Shown: in pieces, positions 1 through 10,032 of the stretch
Position numbering within the stretch: position 1 is the stretch's first letter
Layout: every line of letters starts with the position of its first letter
Position numbers and translations under genes: made by a program
The notes under the pieces: model-generated
Databases searched by the model: none
What the model saw: only the letters and a program-made list of their open reading frames with translations
What the model was told of the DNA's origin: nothing
Source: Deltaproteobacteria bacterium
GTDB taxonomy: Bacteria; Myxococcota; Myxococcia; Myxococcales; 40CM-4-68-19
Direction of reading: 5' to 3'
Assembly (NCBI GenBank): GCA_043782525.1
Contig: JAYWAJ010000152.1
Location: 1-41,887, forward strand
DNA length: 41,887 nucleotides

Positions 1-2582
1 TCGCCGTCCTCGGCGCGCGGCTTGAGGATGTTGGGGTCGTAGACGGGCGCCCCCTGCTGCCGCCAGTGCTCGACCACCGCGTGGATCTCCTTCTCGTCCA
101 CGTAGGGCCCGTGCACGCGGGTCAGGGTCGAGGTCCCCGGCGGCAGGATGAGCATGTCGCCCATGCCGAGGAGGTTCTCCGCGCCCGGCGTGTTGATGAT
201 GGTCGCCGAATCGTGCCGCGAGGCCACCTGGAAGGAGATGCGCGCGGGGAAGTTGGCCTTGATGACCCCGGTGACCACGTCGGTCGAGGGGCGCTGGGTC
301 GCGACCATGAGGTGGATACCGGCGGCGCGCGCCATCTGCGCCAGCCGCGCGATGTACGTCTCCACTTCGCGGGAGGCGACCATCATCAGGTCCGCCAGCT
401 CGTCGATGACGATGACGATGAAGGGCAGCTTCTTGAGCGGCTCGGGCAGGGGCTCCGGGGGCAGCGTGACGTTGCCCTCGGCGATCTTGCGCTCGTTCTC
501 GCGCAGCAGCGCCACCGCGGGGTTGTCGGGCTCGAGGCGCAAAAGCTCGCCGTTGGCGGCGGCCTGGGTCAGCTCGTGGGCGTCGAGCAGCGGGTCGGAG
601 AGATCCACGACCCGCTTCTCTTTCGGCGCCCGATGCGGCTTGCGGGCGGCGTCGCCCTCCTTCTCGACCTTCTTGTTGTAGCTGCCAATGTTGCGCACGC
701 CGCAGTCGGCGAGCAGCTGGTAGCGCCGCTCCATCTCCTCCACCGCCCAGCGCAGCGCCATCGCCGCTTTCTTGGAGTCGGTGACCACCGGCAACAAGAG
801 GTGCGGGATTCCCTCGTAGACCGAGAGCTCGAGCATCTTCGGGTCCACCATGAGGAAGCGGACTTCTTCCGGCGTCGCCCGCAGCAGCATCGAGACCAGC
901 ATCGAGTTGACCGCCACCGACTTTCCCGAGCCGGTCGTGCCGGCGATCAAGAGGTGCGGCATCTTGGCGAGGTCGGCGATGTAGGGCAGCCCCTCGATGT
1001 CCTTGCCGAGGCACATCGCGAGCTTCGAGGCCGACTTCTGGAAGGCGTCCTGCTCGACCAGCTCGCGCAGCACCACCGTCTCGCGGGTCTTGTTGGGCAC
1101 CTCGATGCCGACCACGCCCTTGCCCGGAATCGGCGCGACGATGCGCACCCGCATCGCCTCCATGGCCATGGCCAGGTCGTCCGAGAGCGAGGCGATGCGC
1201 GAGACCTTGACGCCGGGCGCCGGGAGGAACTCGAACATGGTGACGACCGGGCCGGGCCGGATCTGCGTCACCTGCCCCTGGATGCCGAACGAGGCCAGCT
1301 TCTGGCGCAGCTTCTCGGCGGTGGCGGTGAGGCCTTCGCGGTCGAGGGGCACCGTCTGCGAAGGCTCGCCGGTGAGGATGGCGATGGGCGGCGTCACGAA
1401 AGTGTGGTGGCCGGGAGCCATCCGGAAGGCGCCCGCCGGTGCCGGCGCCGCATCGAACGGCTTCGGCTCCAGCGGGAGCTGCATCTGCGGCTTCGGGGGA
1501 GCCTTGGGCTCGACGATCTGCGGCGTCCCCGGGGGCGCGCTCCGCACTGCGTCGGCGGCGAGCGGGTCTTCGCCCCCGGCTGCGCTCTTGTCCTGCGCCG
1601 CGGCGGTGTCCGCTCCATCTGCGCTCGTGGCGTTTGCGCCCGTCGCGCCCGGGTCCGACCTGACCGCTCCAGCCCGTGGATCGCCGCCGGCCGCAGGGGC
1701 CGGCCGCTTCTCGCCCTTGGCCGGCTTCGACGGCTCTGCAAGTCCCGCGGTCTTCAGCGCCTCGAGGGAGCGCGCTCCCTCGGCGACGGTCCCCTCCGCC
1801 GCGAGCCTTTCGGCGTCCTTCTTCTTCCTCCCCTTCGGCTCCTCGAGGAGGACCGGCTCGCGCGGGTCCTGCGGCGGCTCGTCGGCAGCGGCCAGCGCCA
1901 GCGCCTGCGCCCTCTTCGAGACGGCCTTGAGCTCCGGCACGACGATGCGCGCGTCTTCGTCGGCGTCGAGCCGCTCGTCGCCCACCGACGCCGTCCGCGC
2001 CTTGGCCAGGGCGGCCGCCGCCCCCTTGAGGGCCAGCGCCCCGCCCGCGACGCCCATCCGCGCGGCGCCCCGGGCGGCGTGCAGCGCCCAGAGATCGGTC
2101 GCGATCACCAGCGCCGCCGCCGAGAGCGCGGTCAGCAGCACCGCCGCGCCCGGCACCGAGAGCGCCGACCGGGCCGCGCCGCCCAGCATCGCGCCCGCCA
2201 CGCCGCCCGCCGCGTGTCCCTGCAGCCGCACGTGCACGAGCAGGTTGAGGAGCCCCATGGCGCAGAGCGAAAAGAGCAGCCACGAGCTGGCCCGCGAGAA
2301 CGAGATCCGCGGCCGCCCGATCACCAGCGCGCAGGAGACGGCGATGAGAAACAGCGCCAGCGCATAGCCGCCCAGGCCCGCGGTCTCGAGCAGCGCGCCG
2401 GCGAGCCCGTGCCCCACCGGCCCCGCCCAGTTCTCCGCCGCCGCGTGCGGCCGGTACGACGAGAGGCCGAGCAGCGTCAGCAGCGAAACTCCGCCCAGCA
2501 GGATCCCCGCCACGGGCCTTTTCCACTCGACCTTCGCCGCCGCGACCTTGCCCGTCGCCGCGCTCTTGCCCTTCCGCCCCAT
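1..2582 (-). CDS. ftsK: FtsK/SpoIIIE DNA translocase (3' end with gamma domain runs off window)
   Basis: Not in ORF track (no stop in window); hand translation from ATG 2582 gives N-terminal TM helices, Ala/Pro linker, PHLLIAGTTGSGKS Walker A, VIDELADLMM, RAAGIHLMVATQRPS, GAENLLGMGDML, RVHGPYV. Confidence 0.97.
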   Translation of the reverse strand, partial: MGRKGKSAATGKVAAAKVEWKRPVAGILLGGVSLLTLLGLSSYRPHAAAENWAGPVGHGLAGALLETAGLGGYALALFLIAVSCALVIGRPRISFSRASSWLLFSLCAMGLLNLLVHVRLQGHAAGGVAGAMLGGAARSALSVPGAAVLLTALSAAALVIATDLWALHAARGAARMGVAGGALALKGAAAALAKARTASVGDERLDADEDARIVVPELKAVSKRAQALALAAADEPPQDPREPVLLEEPKGRKKKDAERLAAEGTVAEGARSLEALKTAGLAEPSKPAKGEKRPAPAAGGDPRAGAVRSDPGATGANATSADGADTAAAQDKSAAGGEDPLAADAVRSAPPGTPQIVEPKAPPKPQMQLPLEPKPFDAAPAPAGAFRMAPGHHTFVTPPIAILTGEPSQTVPLDREGLTATAEKLRQKLASFGIQGQVTQIRPGPVVTMFEFLPAPGVKVSRIASLSDDLAMAMEAMRVRIVAPIPGKGVVGIEVPNKTRETVVLRELVEQDAFQKSASKLAMCLGKDIEGLPYIADLAKMPHLLIAGTTGSGKSVAVNSMLVSMLLRATPEEVRFLMVDPKMLELSVYEGIPHLLLPVVTDSKKAAMALRWAVEEMERRYQLLADCGVRNIGSYNKKVEKEGDAARKPHRAPKEKRVVDLSDPLLDAHELTQAAANGELLRLEPDNPAVALLRENERKIAEGNVTLPPEPLPEPLKKLPFIVIVIDELADLMMVASREVETYIARLAQMARAAGIHLMVATQRPSTDVVTGVIKANFPARISFQVASRHDSATIINTPGAENLLGMGDMLILPPGTSTLTRVHGPYVDEKEIHAVVEHWRQQGAPVYDPNILKPRAEDG

Positions 2583-2620
2583 CCGACGCCTCCGCGGGCG
2601 CCGACAAGCGCCTCGCGGCG

Positions 2621-2648
2621 ACCTTAGAAGGGAACCCGGTTCCGTCAA
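2621..2648 (-). promoter_or_regulatory. Sigma70-like promoter candidate for ftsK
   Basis: Minus strand TTGACG-16 nt-TAAGGT about 40 nt upstream of the ATG. Confidence 0.5.
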
Positions 2649-2754
2649 CTTTTCGGGCGGCGGGGTTGCGCCGCTGCGCCCCGCTTCGCTCGCTTTACAG
2701 TAGAGTGCCCGCAGCCTATCGTGCTGCGCTTTTCGCGACCCGGGAGACGCTTCA

Positions 2755-4389
2755 ATGGAAGTCCGCTGCGACAAGTGCCAGGCCCGCTACCGTGTCGACG
2801 ACGCCCGGATCGGACCCCAGGGCCTCACCATGCGCTGCGGGAAGTGCCAGAACACCTTCAAGGTGATGAAGTCCGAGCCGTCGGCCACCCTGCCGGATCA
2901 GGCGGCCATACCACCGGCGCCCAGGCCCGCCGCCGCTGCTCCGAAGCCTGCGGCCAGACAGCCCGAGCCGGCGGCAAACGCGACCATGGTCTTCGGGCAG
3001 TCTCCCGTCGCGCCGTCGAAGCCGGCCATGCCCGCGGCCAAGGCGGTCGCCGCGGCCAAGCCGGCGCCCAAGCCTGCCGCTCCGGCCGACGAGGGCGCCG
3101 GCCGCACCATGATGTTCCAGACCGGAAACCTCAAGACCGCGCCGGCAGCGGCGAAGCCCGCCGCCAAGCCCGAGGCGGAGGCCAACGCCACCATGGTGTT
3201 CGGCCAGTCGCCGGTCGCCCCCTCCAGGTCCGCCCTGCCCGCGGCGGCGAAGCCCCTGGCCAAACAGGCCACCCCGGCCAAGGCCGCTCCTGCCGCAAAG
3301 CCCAAGGACGACGTCGCCGGCTCGACGATGATGTTCGGCGCCGCGCCGGTCCTCGCCAAGGCGGCGAAGCCTTTGCCGATGCCGATGCCCGCGCCGGTCG
3401 CCGAGCCCGAGCCGCCGCCCGAGGCCGAGGCCGGCGCACCGGAAGAGCCTGCCGCCGATCCCGCCCCGGAGACCGACGCGCAGAACGACCAGGATGAGGC
3501 GGCGCCGGACGAAGCGCACCACGACGACGCGTCGAGCGGCTCCGGCGTCGAGGCGGAGGGCGCGGAAGAGAGCGCGAAGTCTTCGACCCCGGGCGCGTTC
3601 GACAAGGCGCCGCCCAAGGGCCTGCTCATCGGGGTGGCGGCGGGATTGCTGGCGCTGCTCATCGCCGGCGGCGCCTTGGTGGCGGTGAAGAAGCTGGGCA
3701 AGCACGGCCCGCCGCCCGCCGCCGTCGAGACGCTGACCTCGGCGCAGGGCGAGGCCGACAAGGACACCCTCGCCTCGCTGGCGGCGGCGGAGGGGAAGGC
3801 AAAGGACGCCATCGACGTCGCCGGCCCCAAGAGCGCCTTCCCGCAGGCGACGGCCACGCTCGCCCGCATCGAGGTCCAGTGGGCCGACGCGCTCAACGAC
3901 CAGGCGGCCCTGCTCACCGCCAAGGGCGGCGACGGCGCCGAGGCCAAGGCGGCGGACATGCAGACGCAGGCGAAGGCGAAGCTGAAGGCGGCCTTCGAGG
4001 CGCTCTCGCCCGCCATCAAGGCGGACCCGAAGTCGCCGGACCTCATGCTCGCGCTCGCCGACTACCAGCGCGCGCAGCGCGAGGGCTCGAAGATGAACAA
4101 GGCGCTGAGGACGGCGCAGGCGCTCAAGGCCGACGAGGCCCGGGTGGCGCAGGTGCAGGGGATGGCGCTGGCCCAGGAAGAGGACGGCGCCGAGAAGGCG
4201 ATTCCGAGGCTGAAGGCGGCGCTGGCCGGAAATCCGCAGAGCGCCCGGTTACACTTCCGCCTCGCCCTCGCCTACCAGGCGATGAAGGACGACGCCAACG
4301 CGGCGGCGGAGCTGAAGGAGACGCTCAAGCTTTCGCCGCAGCACGAGCGGGCGAAGATGGCGATGGCGGCGGGCGCGGACGGGAAGTAA
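2755..4389 (+). CDS. MJ0042-type zinc-ribbon protein with Pro/Ala-rich linker, single TM helix and C-terminal TPR-like domain
   Basis: CDKC...CGKC N-terminus; low-complexity linker; hydrophobic LLIGVAAGLLALLIAGGALVAV; TPR-like helices (PQSARLHFRLALAY); GGAG upstream. Confidence 0.85.
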   Translation: MEVRCDKCQARYRVDDARIGPQGLTMRCGKCQNTFKVMKSEPSATLPDQAAIPPAPRPAAAAPKPAARQPEPAANATMVFGQSPVAPSKPAMPAAKAVAAAKPAPKPAAPADEGAGRTMMFQTGNLKTAPAAAKPAAKPEAEANATMVFGQSPVAPSRSALPAAAKPLAKQATPAKAAPAAKPKDDVAGSTMMFGAAPVLAKAAKPLPMPMPAPVAEPEPPPEAEAGAPEEPAADPAPETDAQNDQDEAAPDEAHHDDASSGSGVEAEGAEESAKSSTPGAFDKAPPKGLLIGVAAGLLALLIAGGALVAVKKLGKHGPPPAAVETLTSAQGEADKDTLASLAAAEGKAKDAIDVAGPKSAFPQATATLARIEVQWADALNDQAALLTAKGGDGAEAKAADMQTQAKAKLKAAFEALSPAIKADPKSPDLMLALADYQRAQREGSKMNKALRTAQALKADEARVAQVQGMALAQEEDGAEKAIPRLKAALAGNPQSARLHFRLALAYQAMKDDANAAAELKETLKLSPQHERAKMAMAAGADGK

Positions 4390-4399
4390 AGGACTGGCA

Positions 4400-4729
4400 A
4401 TGGGCACCGACCACAAGCCGAGCACCAACGAAGAAGAGTACTTCAAGCGCGAGGATGCCGAGCGCCTGCGCAAGCTGCACGCCGAGGAGCAGTCGCGGAT
4501 GCTGTCGGGCGAGCGGGAGGCGCTGCGGCGGCAGCACGCCGGCCGCTGCTCGCAGTGCGGCGCGCTCATGGTGCCGGAGCAGGCGGGCGGGCTGCACCTC
4601 TTGCACTGTCCGGCCTGCGGCGGCGCCTTTCTCGACAAGAGGGCGTGGGACTACCTCCACGCCCACGCCGAGCCGCACACGGTGATGGGCTCGGTGCTCA
4701 ACTGGTTCAAGGCCGGCAGCAAGCCGTAA
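4400..4729 (+). CDS. Small zf-TFIIB-like zinc-ribbon protein
   Basis: EEEYFKRE helix followed by CSQC...[10 protein letters not shown]. Confidence 0.8.
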   Translation: MGTDHKPSTNEEEYFKREDAERLRKLHAEEQSRMLSGEREALRRQHAGRCSQCGALMVPEQAGGLHLLHCPACGGAFLDKRAWDYLHAHAEPHTVMGSVLNWFKAGSKP

Positions 4730-4738
4730 GGAGATCGC

Positions 4739-5032
4739 GTGTCGATCGATCGCGCGCAGGTGAGGCACGTTGCGCGCCTCGCCCGCCTGGCACTTTCGCC
4801 GGAAGAAGAGGAGCGCTTCGCGGCGCAGCTGGGGCAGGTGCTCGGGTACATCGAGCGGCTGTCCGCGGTGGACGTCTCGGGCGTCGAGCCCCTGAGCTTC
4901 GCCGGCGACGCGCTGGCCGACCTGCCCCTGCGCGACGACGTGCCGCTGCCCAGCCTGCCCCGCGAACAGGTCCTGGCGCAGGCGCCGCAGCAGGACGGAC
5001 AGGCCTTCGTGGTCCCGCGGATCCTCGAATGA
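4739..5032 (+). CDS. gatC: Asp/Glu-tRNA amidotransferase subunit C
   Basis: [10 protein letters not shown]...LRDD...FVVPRILE; directly precedes gatA; AAGGAG RBS. Confidence 0.96.
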   Translation: MSIDRAQVRHVARLARLALSPEEEERFAAQLGQVLGYIERLSAVDVSGVEPLSFAGDALADLPLRDDVPLPSLPREQVLAQAPQQDGQAFVVPRILE

Positions 5033-6495
5033 GCCCGAGCGCAGACCTGTTGCCGCTGGCGCGGATCTCCGACGCGCTCGCCGCGCGGGAGACGACGCCC
5101 GAGGCGCTGCTCGAGGCCTGCCTGGCCCGCATCGCCGCGCTCGACGGAAAGCTGCACGCCTTCCTGCGGCTGACCGAGACCGCAGCGCGGGCCGACGCCA
5201 AGGCAGCGGGGCAGCGCCGGGAGCAGGGGAAGCCGCTCTCGCCCCTCGACGGGGTGCCGGTGGCCCTCAAGGACATCTTCTGCATGGAGGGTGTCGAGAC
5301 CTGTTGCGGTTCGAAGATCCTCAAAGGCTACCTGCCGCCCTACGACGCGACGGTGGTCAAGAAGCTGAAGGCGGCGGGCGCGGTCATCGTCGGCAAGCTC
5401 AACATGGACGAGTTCGCGATGGGCTCCTCCACCGAGAACAGCGCCTACGGGCCGACCATGAACCCGTGGGACCTCTCGCGCACGCCGGGCGGCTCGTCGG
5501 GCGGCAGCGCTGCAGCAGTCGCCGCGCGCCTGGTGCCCGGGACGCTCGGGACCGACACCGGCGGCTCGATCCGCCAGCCCGCCTCGCTGGTGGGCTGCGC
5601 GGGGATGAAGCCGACCTACGGGCGCGTCTCGCGCTACGGCGTCATCGCCTTCGCCAGCTCCCTCGACCAGGTGGGGCCCTTCGCCCAGGACGTGCGCGGC
5701 GTCGCCTTCCTGCTCGCCGCCATCGCCGGACACGATCCCGCCGACCAGACCTCGTCGCCGCGGCCGGTGCCCGACTACGCGGCGGCGCTGCAGCAGGGCG
5801 TGCGCGGGCTGCGCATCGGCGTGCCCCGCGAATACTTCGGAGAAGGCCTCCATCCCGAGGTGGAGGCGGCGGTGCGGGCGGCCATCGAGAAGCTGCGCGG
5901 GCAGGGCTGCCAGGTGAGCGAGATCTCGCTGCCCAACTCGCCGCACGCAATTGCTACGTACTATATCGTCGCCACGGCCGAGGCCTCCTCGAACCTGGCC
6001 CGCTACGACGGCGTCCGCTACGGACAGCGGGTCCAGGCCTCGCAGCTCCTCGAGATGTACGAGAAGACCCGCGCCGAAGGCTTCGGCGCCGAGGTCAAGC
6101 GGCGCATCATGCTCGGCACCTACGCGCTCTCCGCCGGCTACTACGACGCCTACTACCTGCGCGCGCAGAAGGTCCGCGCGCTCATCCGCCGCGACTTCGA
6201 CAGCGCCTTCGCCGGGGTGGACGCAGTGCTCTCGCCGACCAGCCCCACCACCGCCTTCAAGCTGGGCGAGAAGCTCGACGACCCGCTCGCCATGTACCTG
6301 AACGACGTCTACACCGTACCGGCCAACCTGGCCGGGCTGCCCGGCATCTCGGTGCCCTGCGGCTTCGACAGCCGACGGCTGCCCATCGGGCTGCAGCTGA
6401 TCGGGCGGCCCTTCGACGAGGAGACGCTGCTCCGCCTCGCGCACGCCGCCGAGCCGGCGGAGTTCGCCGTTCCGCCCCTCGTGGAGGGCCGCTAG
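5029..6495 (+). CDS. gatA: Asp/Glu-tRNA amidotransferase subunit A
   Basis: Amidase signature [39 protein letters not shown]; ATG 5029 overlaps gatC stop (ATGA). Confidence 0.98.
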   Translation: MSPSADLLPLARISDALAARETTPEALLEACLARIAALDGKLHAFLRLTETAARADAKAAGQRREQGKPLSPLDGVPVALKDIFCMEGVETCCGSKILKGYLPPYDATVVKKLKAAGAVIVGKLNMDEFAMGSSTENSAYGPTMNPWDLSRTPGGSSGGSAAAVAARLVPGTLGTDTGGSIRQPASLVGCAGMKPTYGRVSRYGVIAFASSLDQVGPFAQDVRGVAFLLAAIAGHDPADQTSSPRPVPDYAAALQQGVRGLRIGVPREYFGEGLHPEVEAAVRAAIEKLRGQGCQVSEISLPNSPHAIATYYIVATAEASSNLARYDGVRYGQRVQASQLLEMYEKTRAEGFGAEVKRRIMLGTYALSAGYYDAYYLRAQKVRALIRRDFDSAFAGVDAVLSPTSPTTAFKLGEKLDDPLAMYLNDVYTVPANLAGLPGISVPCGFDSRRLPIGLQLIGRPFDEETLLRLAHAAEPAEFAVPPLVEGR

Positions 6496-7902
6496 ATGCC
6501 AGTCGCCGACTTCGAGCCGGTCATCGGCCTGGAAGTGCACGCGCAGCTGCTCACCCGGACCAAGATCTTCTGCGGCTGCTCCACCGACTTCGGCGCCGCG
6601 CCCAACACGCACGTCTGTCCAACCTGCCTCGGGCTGCCGGGCGCGCTGCCGGCCCTGAACCGCGCCGCGGTCGAGATGGCGGTGCGGGCCGGCAAGGCCT
6701 TCGGCTGCACCATCGCCACCCGCAGCGTCTGGTCGCGCAAGAACTACTTCTATCCGGACCTGCCCAAGGGTTATCAAATCTCGCAGTTCGAATTACCGAT
6801 CTGCGCCGGCGGCGCGGTGACGGTGCCGGGGCTGGGCAAGGTCGCGCTCGAGCGCATCCACCTCGAGGAGGACGCCGGCAAGAACATCCACGCCGAGGGC
6901 GGCAGCGAGGTGGACCTGAACCGCTCCGGCACGCCGCTCATCGAGATCGTCGGCAAGCCCGACCTGCGCTCCGCCGAGGACGCGAGCGAGTACTTGAAGG
7001 CGCTGCGCCTCGCCCTCATCTACCTGGGCGTCAACGACGGCAACCTCGAGGAGGGCTCCTTCCGCTGCGACGCCAACGTCAGTGTCCGGCCCCGCGGCGC
7101 CGAAAAGTACGGCACCCGCGTCGAGCTGAAGAACATCAACTCCTTCCGCTTCGTGCGGCAGGCCATCGACTTCGAGATCGAGCGCCAGGTCACGGCCCTC
7201 GAGAAGGGCGAGAAGATCCGCATGGAGACGCGGCTCTTCGACCACGAGAAGGGTCTCACCCGGCCGATGCGCAGCAAGGAGGAGGCGAACGACTACCGCT
7301 ACTTCCCCGAGCCGGACCTGCCGCCCTTGGCCATCTCGCAAGCCTTCATCGACGGGGTGGCCTTGCCGAAGTTGCCCAACCAGATCTCCGCGGAGCTGGA
7401 GGCTTTGGGAGTTCCGGCGACCGAGGCAAGAACGCTCATCGGCGACCCGCGGCTGGTGGCCCTGCACGGGCGCATCGGCGGCGATCCGCGGCGGGCCGCG
7501 CTCTTCCTCGTCGGCGAGCTGGCGCGGGCGGTGAACGAGAAGGAGGCCGACCTCTCCGCGCTCAAGTTCGATCCGGCGCTGGTGCGGGAGGTCTTCGACC
7601 TGCAAGACAAGGGCGCCATCTCCTCGACGGCGGCCCGAGACGTGCTGGCGGAGCTGATCCGCACCGGCAAGCCGCCGCAGCAGATCGTGCAGGAGAAGGG
7701 GCTCTCCCAGGTCTCGGACTCCTCGGCGCTCGAAGCCGTCGTCGACGCGGTGATCGCGCGCAACCCGGGCGAGGTAGCCAAGTTCAAGAGCGGCAAGACC
7801 AACCTGCTCGGCTTCTTCGTCGGCCAGGCGATGCGCGACTTGAAGGGTAAAGGCAACCCCGGAGTCCTCAACGGGCTCTTCACCAAAAAGCTCGGGGGCT
7901 GA
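6496..7902 (+). CDS. gatB: Asp/Glu-tRNA amidotransferase subunit B
   Basis: VIGLEVHAQL, RKNYFYPDLPKGYQISQ, HLEEDAGK, RCDANVS, DYRYFPEPDL. Confidence 0.98.
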   Translation: MPVADFEPVIGLEVHAQLLTRTKIFCGCSTDFGAAPNTHVCPTCLGLPGALPALNRAAVEMAVRAGKAFGCTIATRSVWSRKNYFYPDLPKGYQISQFELPICAGGAVTVPGLGKVALERIHLEEDAGKNIHAEGGSEVDLNRSGTPLIEIVGKPDLRSAEDASEYLKALRLALIYLGVNDGNLEEGSFRCDANVSVRPRGAEKYGTRVELKNINSFRFVRQAIDFEIERQVTALEKGEKIRMETRLFDHEKGLTRPMRSKEEANDYRYFPEPDLPPLAISQAFIDGVALPKLPNQISAELEALGVPATEARTLIGDPRLVALHGRIGGDPRRAALFLVGELARAVNEKEADLSALKFDPALVREVFDLQDKGAISSTAARDVLAELIRTGKPPQQIVQEKGLSQVSDSSALEAVVDAVIARNPGEVAKFKSGKTNLLGFFVGQAMRDLKGKGNPGVLNGLFTKKLGG

Positions 7903-7928
7903 GCCACCCGCCTGCTAGCCTGACAGGC

Positions 7929-9668
7929 GTGCCCCGCCTGCGCGCCCCTGCTCTCCTCTTCGCGCTCCTCGCCTGCCAGTCGGCGCCGCGACCGGTGCTG
8001 CCGGGGATCGCCCGGCAGCCGCGCTCGAACGTCGAGGCCCGCTCGACCTACGTGCAGGCGCTGCGCGAGGAGATGAACGCCCTTGGCCGCATCCAGTCGG
8101 TGCGCCTCTGGTACACGGCGACGCAGGGCGAGACGCCCATCGAGGGCCTCACCTGGCTCGGGCACGACCGGCTCTTCAGAAGGACGGCGCTCGAGGCCGT
8201 GGACGGCGCGCAGCAAGCGCCCGGTCTCGCCCCGGCGGAAGCGCTGGCGCTGCGCTTCTTCCGGCGCACCTTGAGCGGCCAGGTCGTCCAGCTGGCGACG
8301 GCGAGGTTCGCCGATCAGTTCCGCGCCGCCGAGGACGGGGCCACCGTGCGCCTGCCCTTCCGGGATCAGCCGGTCGCCTACAACGATCTGCAGAACCTCA
8401 TCGCGCAGGAGGCGGATCCGGAGCGCCGGGCGCAGGCTTTCGCCGCCCAGAACGCGGTGCGCGTCGGACAGCTGAACCCGATCCTCGAGCGCAAGGAGGC
8501 AGCGGCGCAGGAGGCGGCCCGGCAGACCGGCTTCGCCGACTACGTCGCGCTCTCCGAGGACCAGCGCGACGTGCACCTGGACGCGCTGCTCGCCGCCGGC
8601 GTCGTCTATCTACAAGCGACCGACGCGCTCTTCGAGAAGACGCTCGACCGCGTCGCCCGGGAGGAGCTGGGCGTCGGCCGCGAGGCGCTGCGGGTGACCG
8701 ATCTCGCGCGCATCTGGAAAGCGCCGCGGCTGGCCGCCTTCTTCGACCAGGCGCTGGAGCTGAAGGCGCTGCGGGCTTTTCTCCGAGGCATCGGCCTCGA
8801 CCTGCGCACCGCCGGCGGCGCCGAGATCCGCATCGACGACGCGCTCACCGCCAAGAAGCGGCCGCGCGCCTTCGTCGATCCGGTGAACCCGCCCGACGAC
8901 GTCCGGCTCTCGGTGAAGCCCACCGGCGGCCTCGACGACTACCAGACGCTCTTCCACGAGGCCGGACACGCGGTGCACTTCGCCTACGCGACGGCCCGGC
9001 CGGTCGAGCTGGTCTCGCAAGGCTACCTCGCGCCCAGCGAGGCCTTTGGCGAGTTCTTCCGCCACGCCTTCTCCGATCCGCGCTGGCTGTTCCGCTACCG
9101 GGAGTTCCTCCGCGCGCAGGGAAAGCCTGTGCCCTCCAACGTCGAGCTGGCCGCCATCGAGCGGCTGCTGGCGCTGCGCGAGATGGAGTTCCTGCGCCGC
9201 TACGCCTTCGCCAAGATCGCCTACGAGCTGCGCCTGCACGGACGGCCGGTGGAAGAGATCGCGCCCGCGCTCGCGCTCCTCGAGGATCCGGAGCGCGCCA
9301 AGGGCGATCTGCGCGAGCTCTACCGGCAGCTCTTCTCGCGCGCCGATGGCTTTTCGCTCTCCGAGGCCGAATCGCAGGCCTACCGCACCGACGTCGACGA
9401 GACCTTCTACGCCGCCGACTATTCGCGCGCCTTCGTGCTGGGCGGGATGATGCACGACGCGGTCCGCAGGCGCTTCGGCGAGGACTGGTACGCGAACCCG
9501 GAAGTGGGCGCCTTCCTGCGCCAGCAGCTCTTCGCGCCGGGCACCTCGCTCTCCAGCGAGGACGTGGCCGAGCGGCTGGGCTTTCCGCGCATGCTCGACT
9601 TCGCGGCGGCGGCGGTGCGGGCAGCGCGGCTCTGCGCGGAAGCGGACGCGCTGGAGAAGGCGAAGTAA
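7929..9668 (+). CDS. Putative lipoprotein, M3/gluzincin-like zinc metallopeptidase
   Basis: Lipobox LLAC; LFHEAGHAVH zinc motif with downstream SEAFGE third ligand. Confidence 0.75.
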   Translation: MPRLRAPALLFALLACQSAPRPVLPGIARQPRSNVEARSTYVQALREEMNALGRIQSVRLWYTATQGETPIEGLTWLGHDRLFRRTALEAVDGAQQAPGLAPAEALALRFFRRTLSGQVVQLATARFADQFRAAEDGATVRLPFRDQPVAYNDLQNLIAQEADPERRAQAFAAQNAVRVGQLNPILERKEAAAQEAARQTGFADYVALSEDQRDVHLDALLAAGVVYLQATDALFEKTLDRVAREELGVGREALRVTDLARIWKAPRLAAFFDQALELKALRAFLRGIGLDLRTAGGAEIRIDDALTAKKRPRAFVDPVNPPDDVRLSVKPTGGLDDYQTLFHEAGHAVHFAYATARPVELVSQGYLAPSEAFGEFFRHAFSDPRWLFRYREFLRAQGKPVPSNVELAAIERLLALREMEFLRRYAFAKIAYELRLHGRPVEEIAPALALLEDPERAKGDLRELYRQLFSRADGFSLSEAESQAYRTDVDETFYAADYSRAFVLGGMMHDAVRRRFGEDWYANPEVGAFLRQQLFAPGTSLSSEDVAERLGFPRMLDFAAAAVRAARLCAEADALEKAK

Positions 9669-9678
9669 GCTGCGGTCC

Positions 9679-10023
9679 GTGCCGGCGCTCTTCGCGACAT
9701 TCCTGCTGCTCGCGCTGGCTCTCGCCGGGGCCGTGGCCTTCTCGTCGGAGCGAAGCCGCAGGCCGCTCAAGTGGCTGCTCCTCTTCGCGCTCCTCCTCGC
9801 CTGGGTCTCCCTGGGGACCGCCCTCTTCCACATCACCGCCCGCACCGGCTCGACGCTGGTGACGCCCGGCGGAGCGCGGCAGCCGCACCTGATCGAGCAG
9901 GCGGGGCGCGAGGCGCTCATGCTGCTCGTGTCGCTGGGCGCTCCCGCGCTGCTCGCGACCTTGCTCGGCTGGTTTGCGCTTCGGGCCACCAAGCCGGGAC
10001 GCAGGCCGGCGCCGCCGGGCTAG
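9679..10023 (+). CDS. Small membrane protein (about 3 TM helices)
   Basis: Three hydrophobic segments; fills gap between flanking genes. Confidence 0.65.
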   Translation: MPALFATFLLLALALAGAVAFSSERSRRPLKWLLLFALLLAWVSLGTALFHITARTGSTLVTPGGARQPHLIEQAGREALMLLVSLGAPALLATLLGWFALRATKPGRRPAPPG

Positions 10024-10032
10024 ACTCGGCCC

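Noticed and set aside
66-2627. 853-aa plus-strand ORF and other long overlapping or antisense ORFs (e.g. 21499-24969, 27128-30859, 5304-7850)
   Set aside because: Shadow ORFs of real genes caused by high GC and stop-codon scarcity; Arg/Gly/Ala-rich with no motifs
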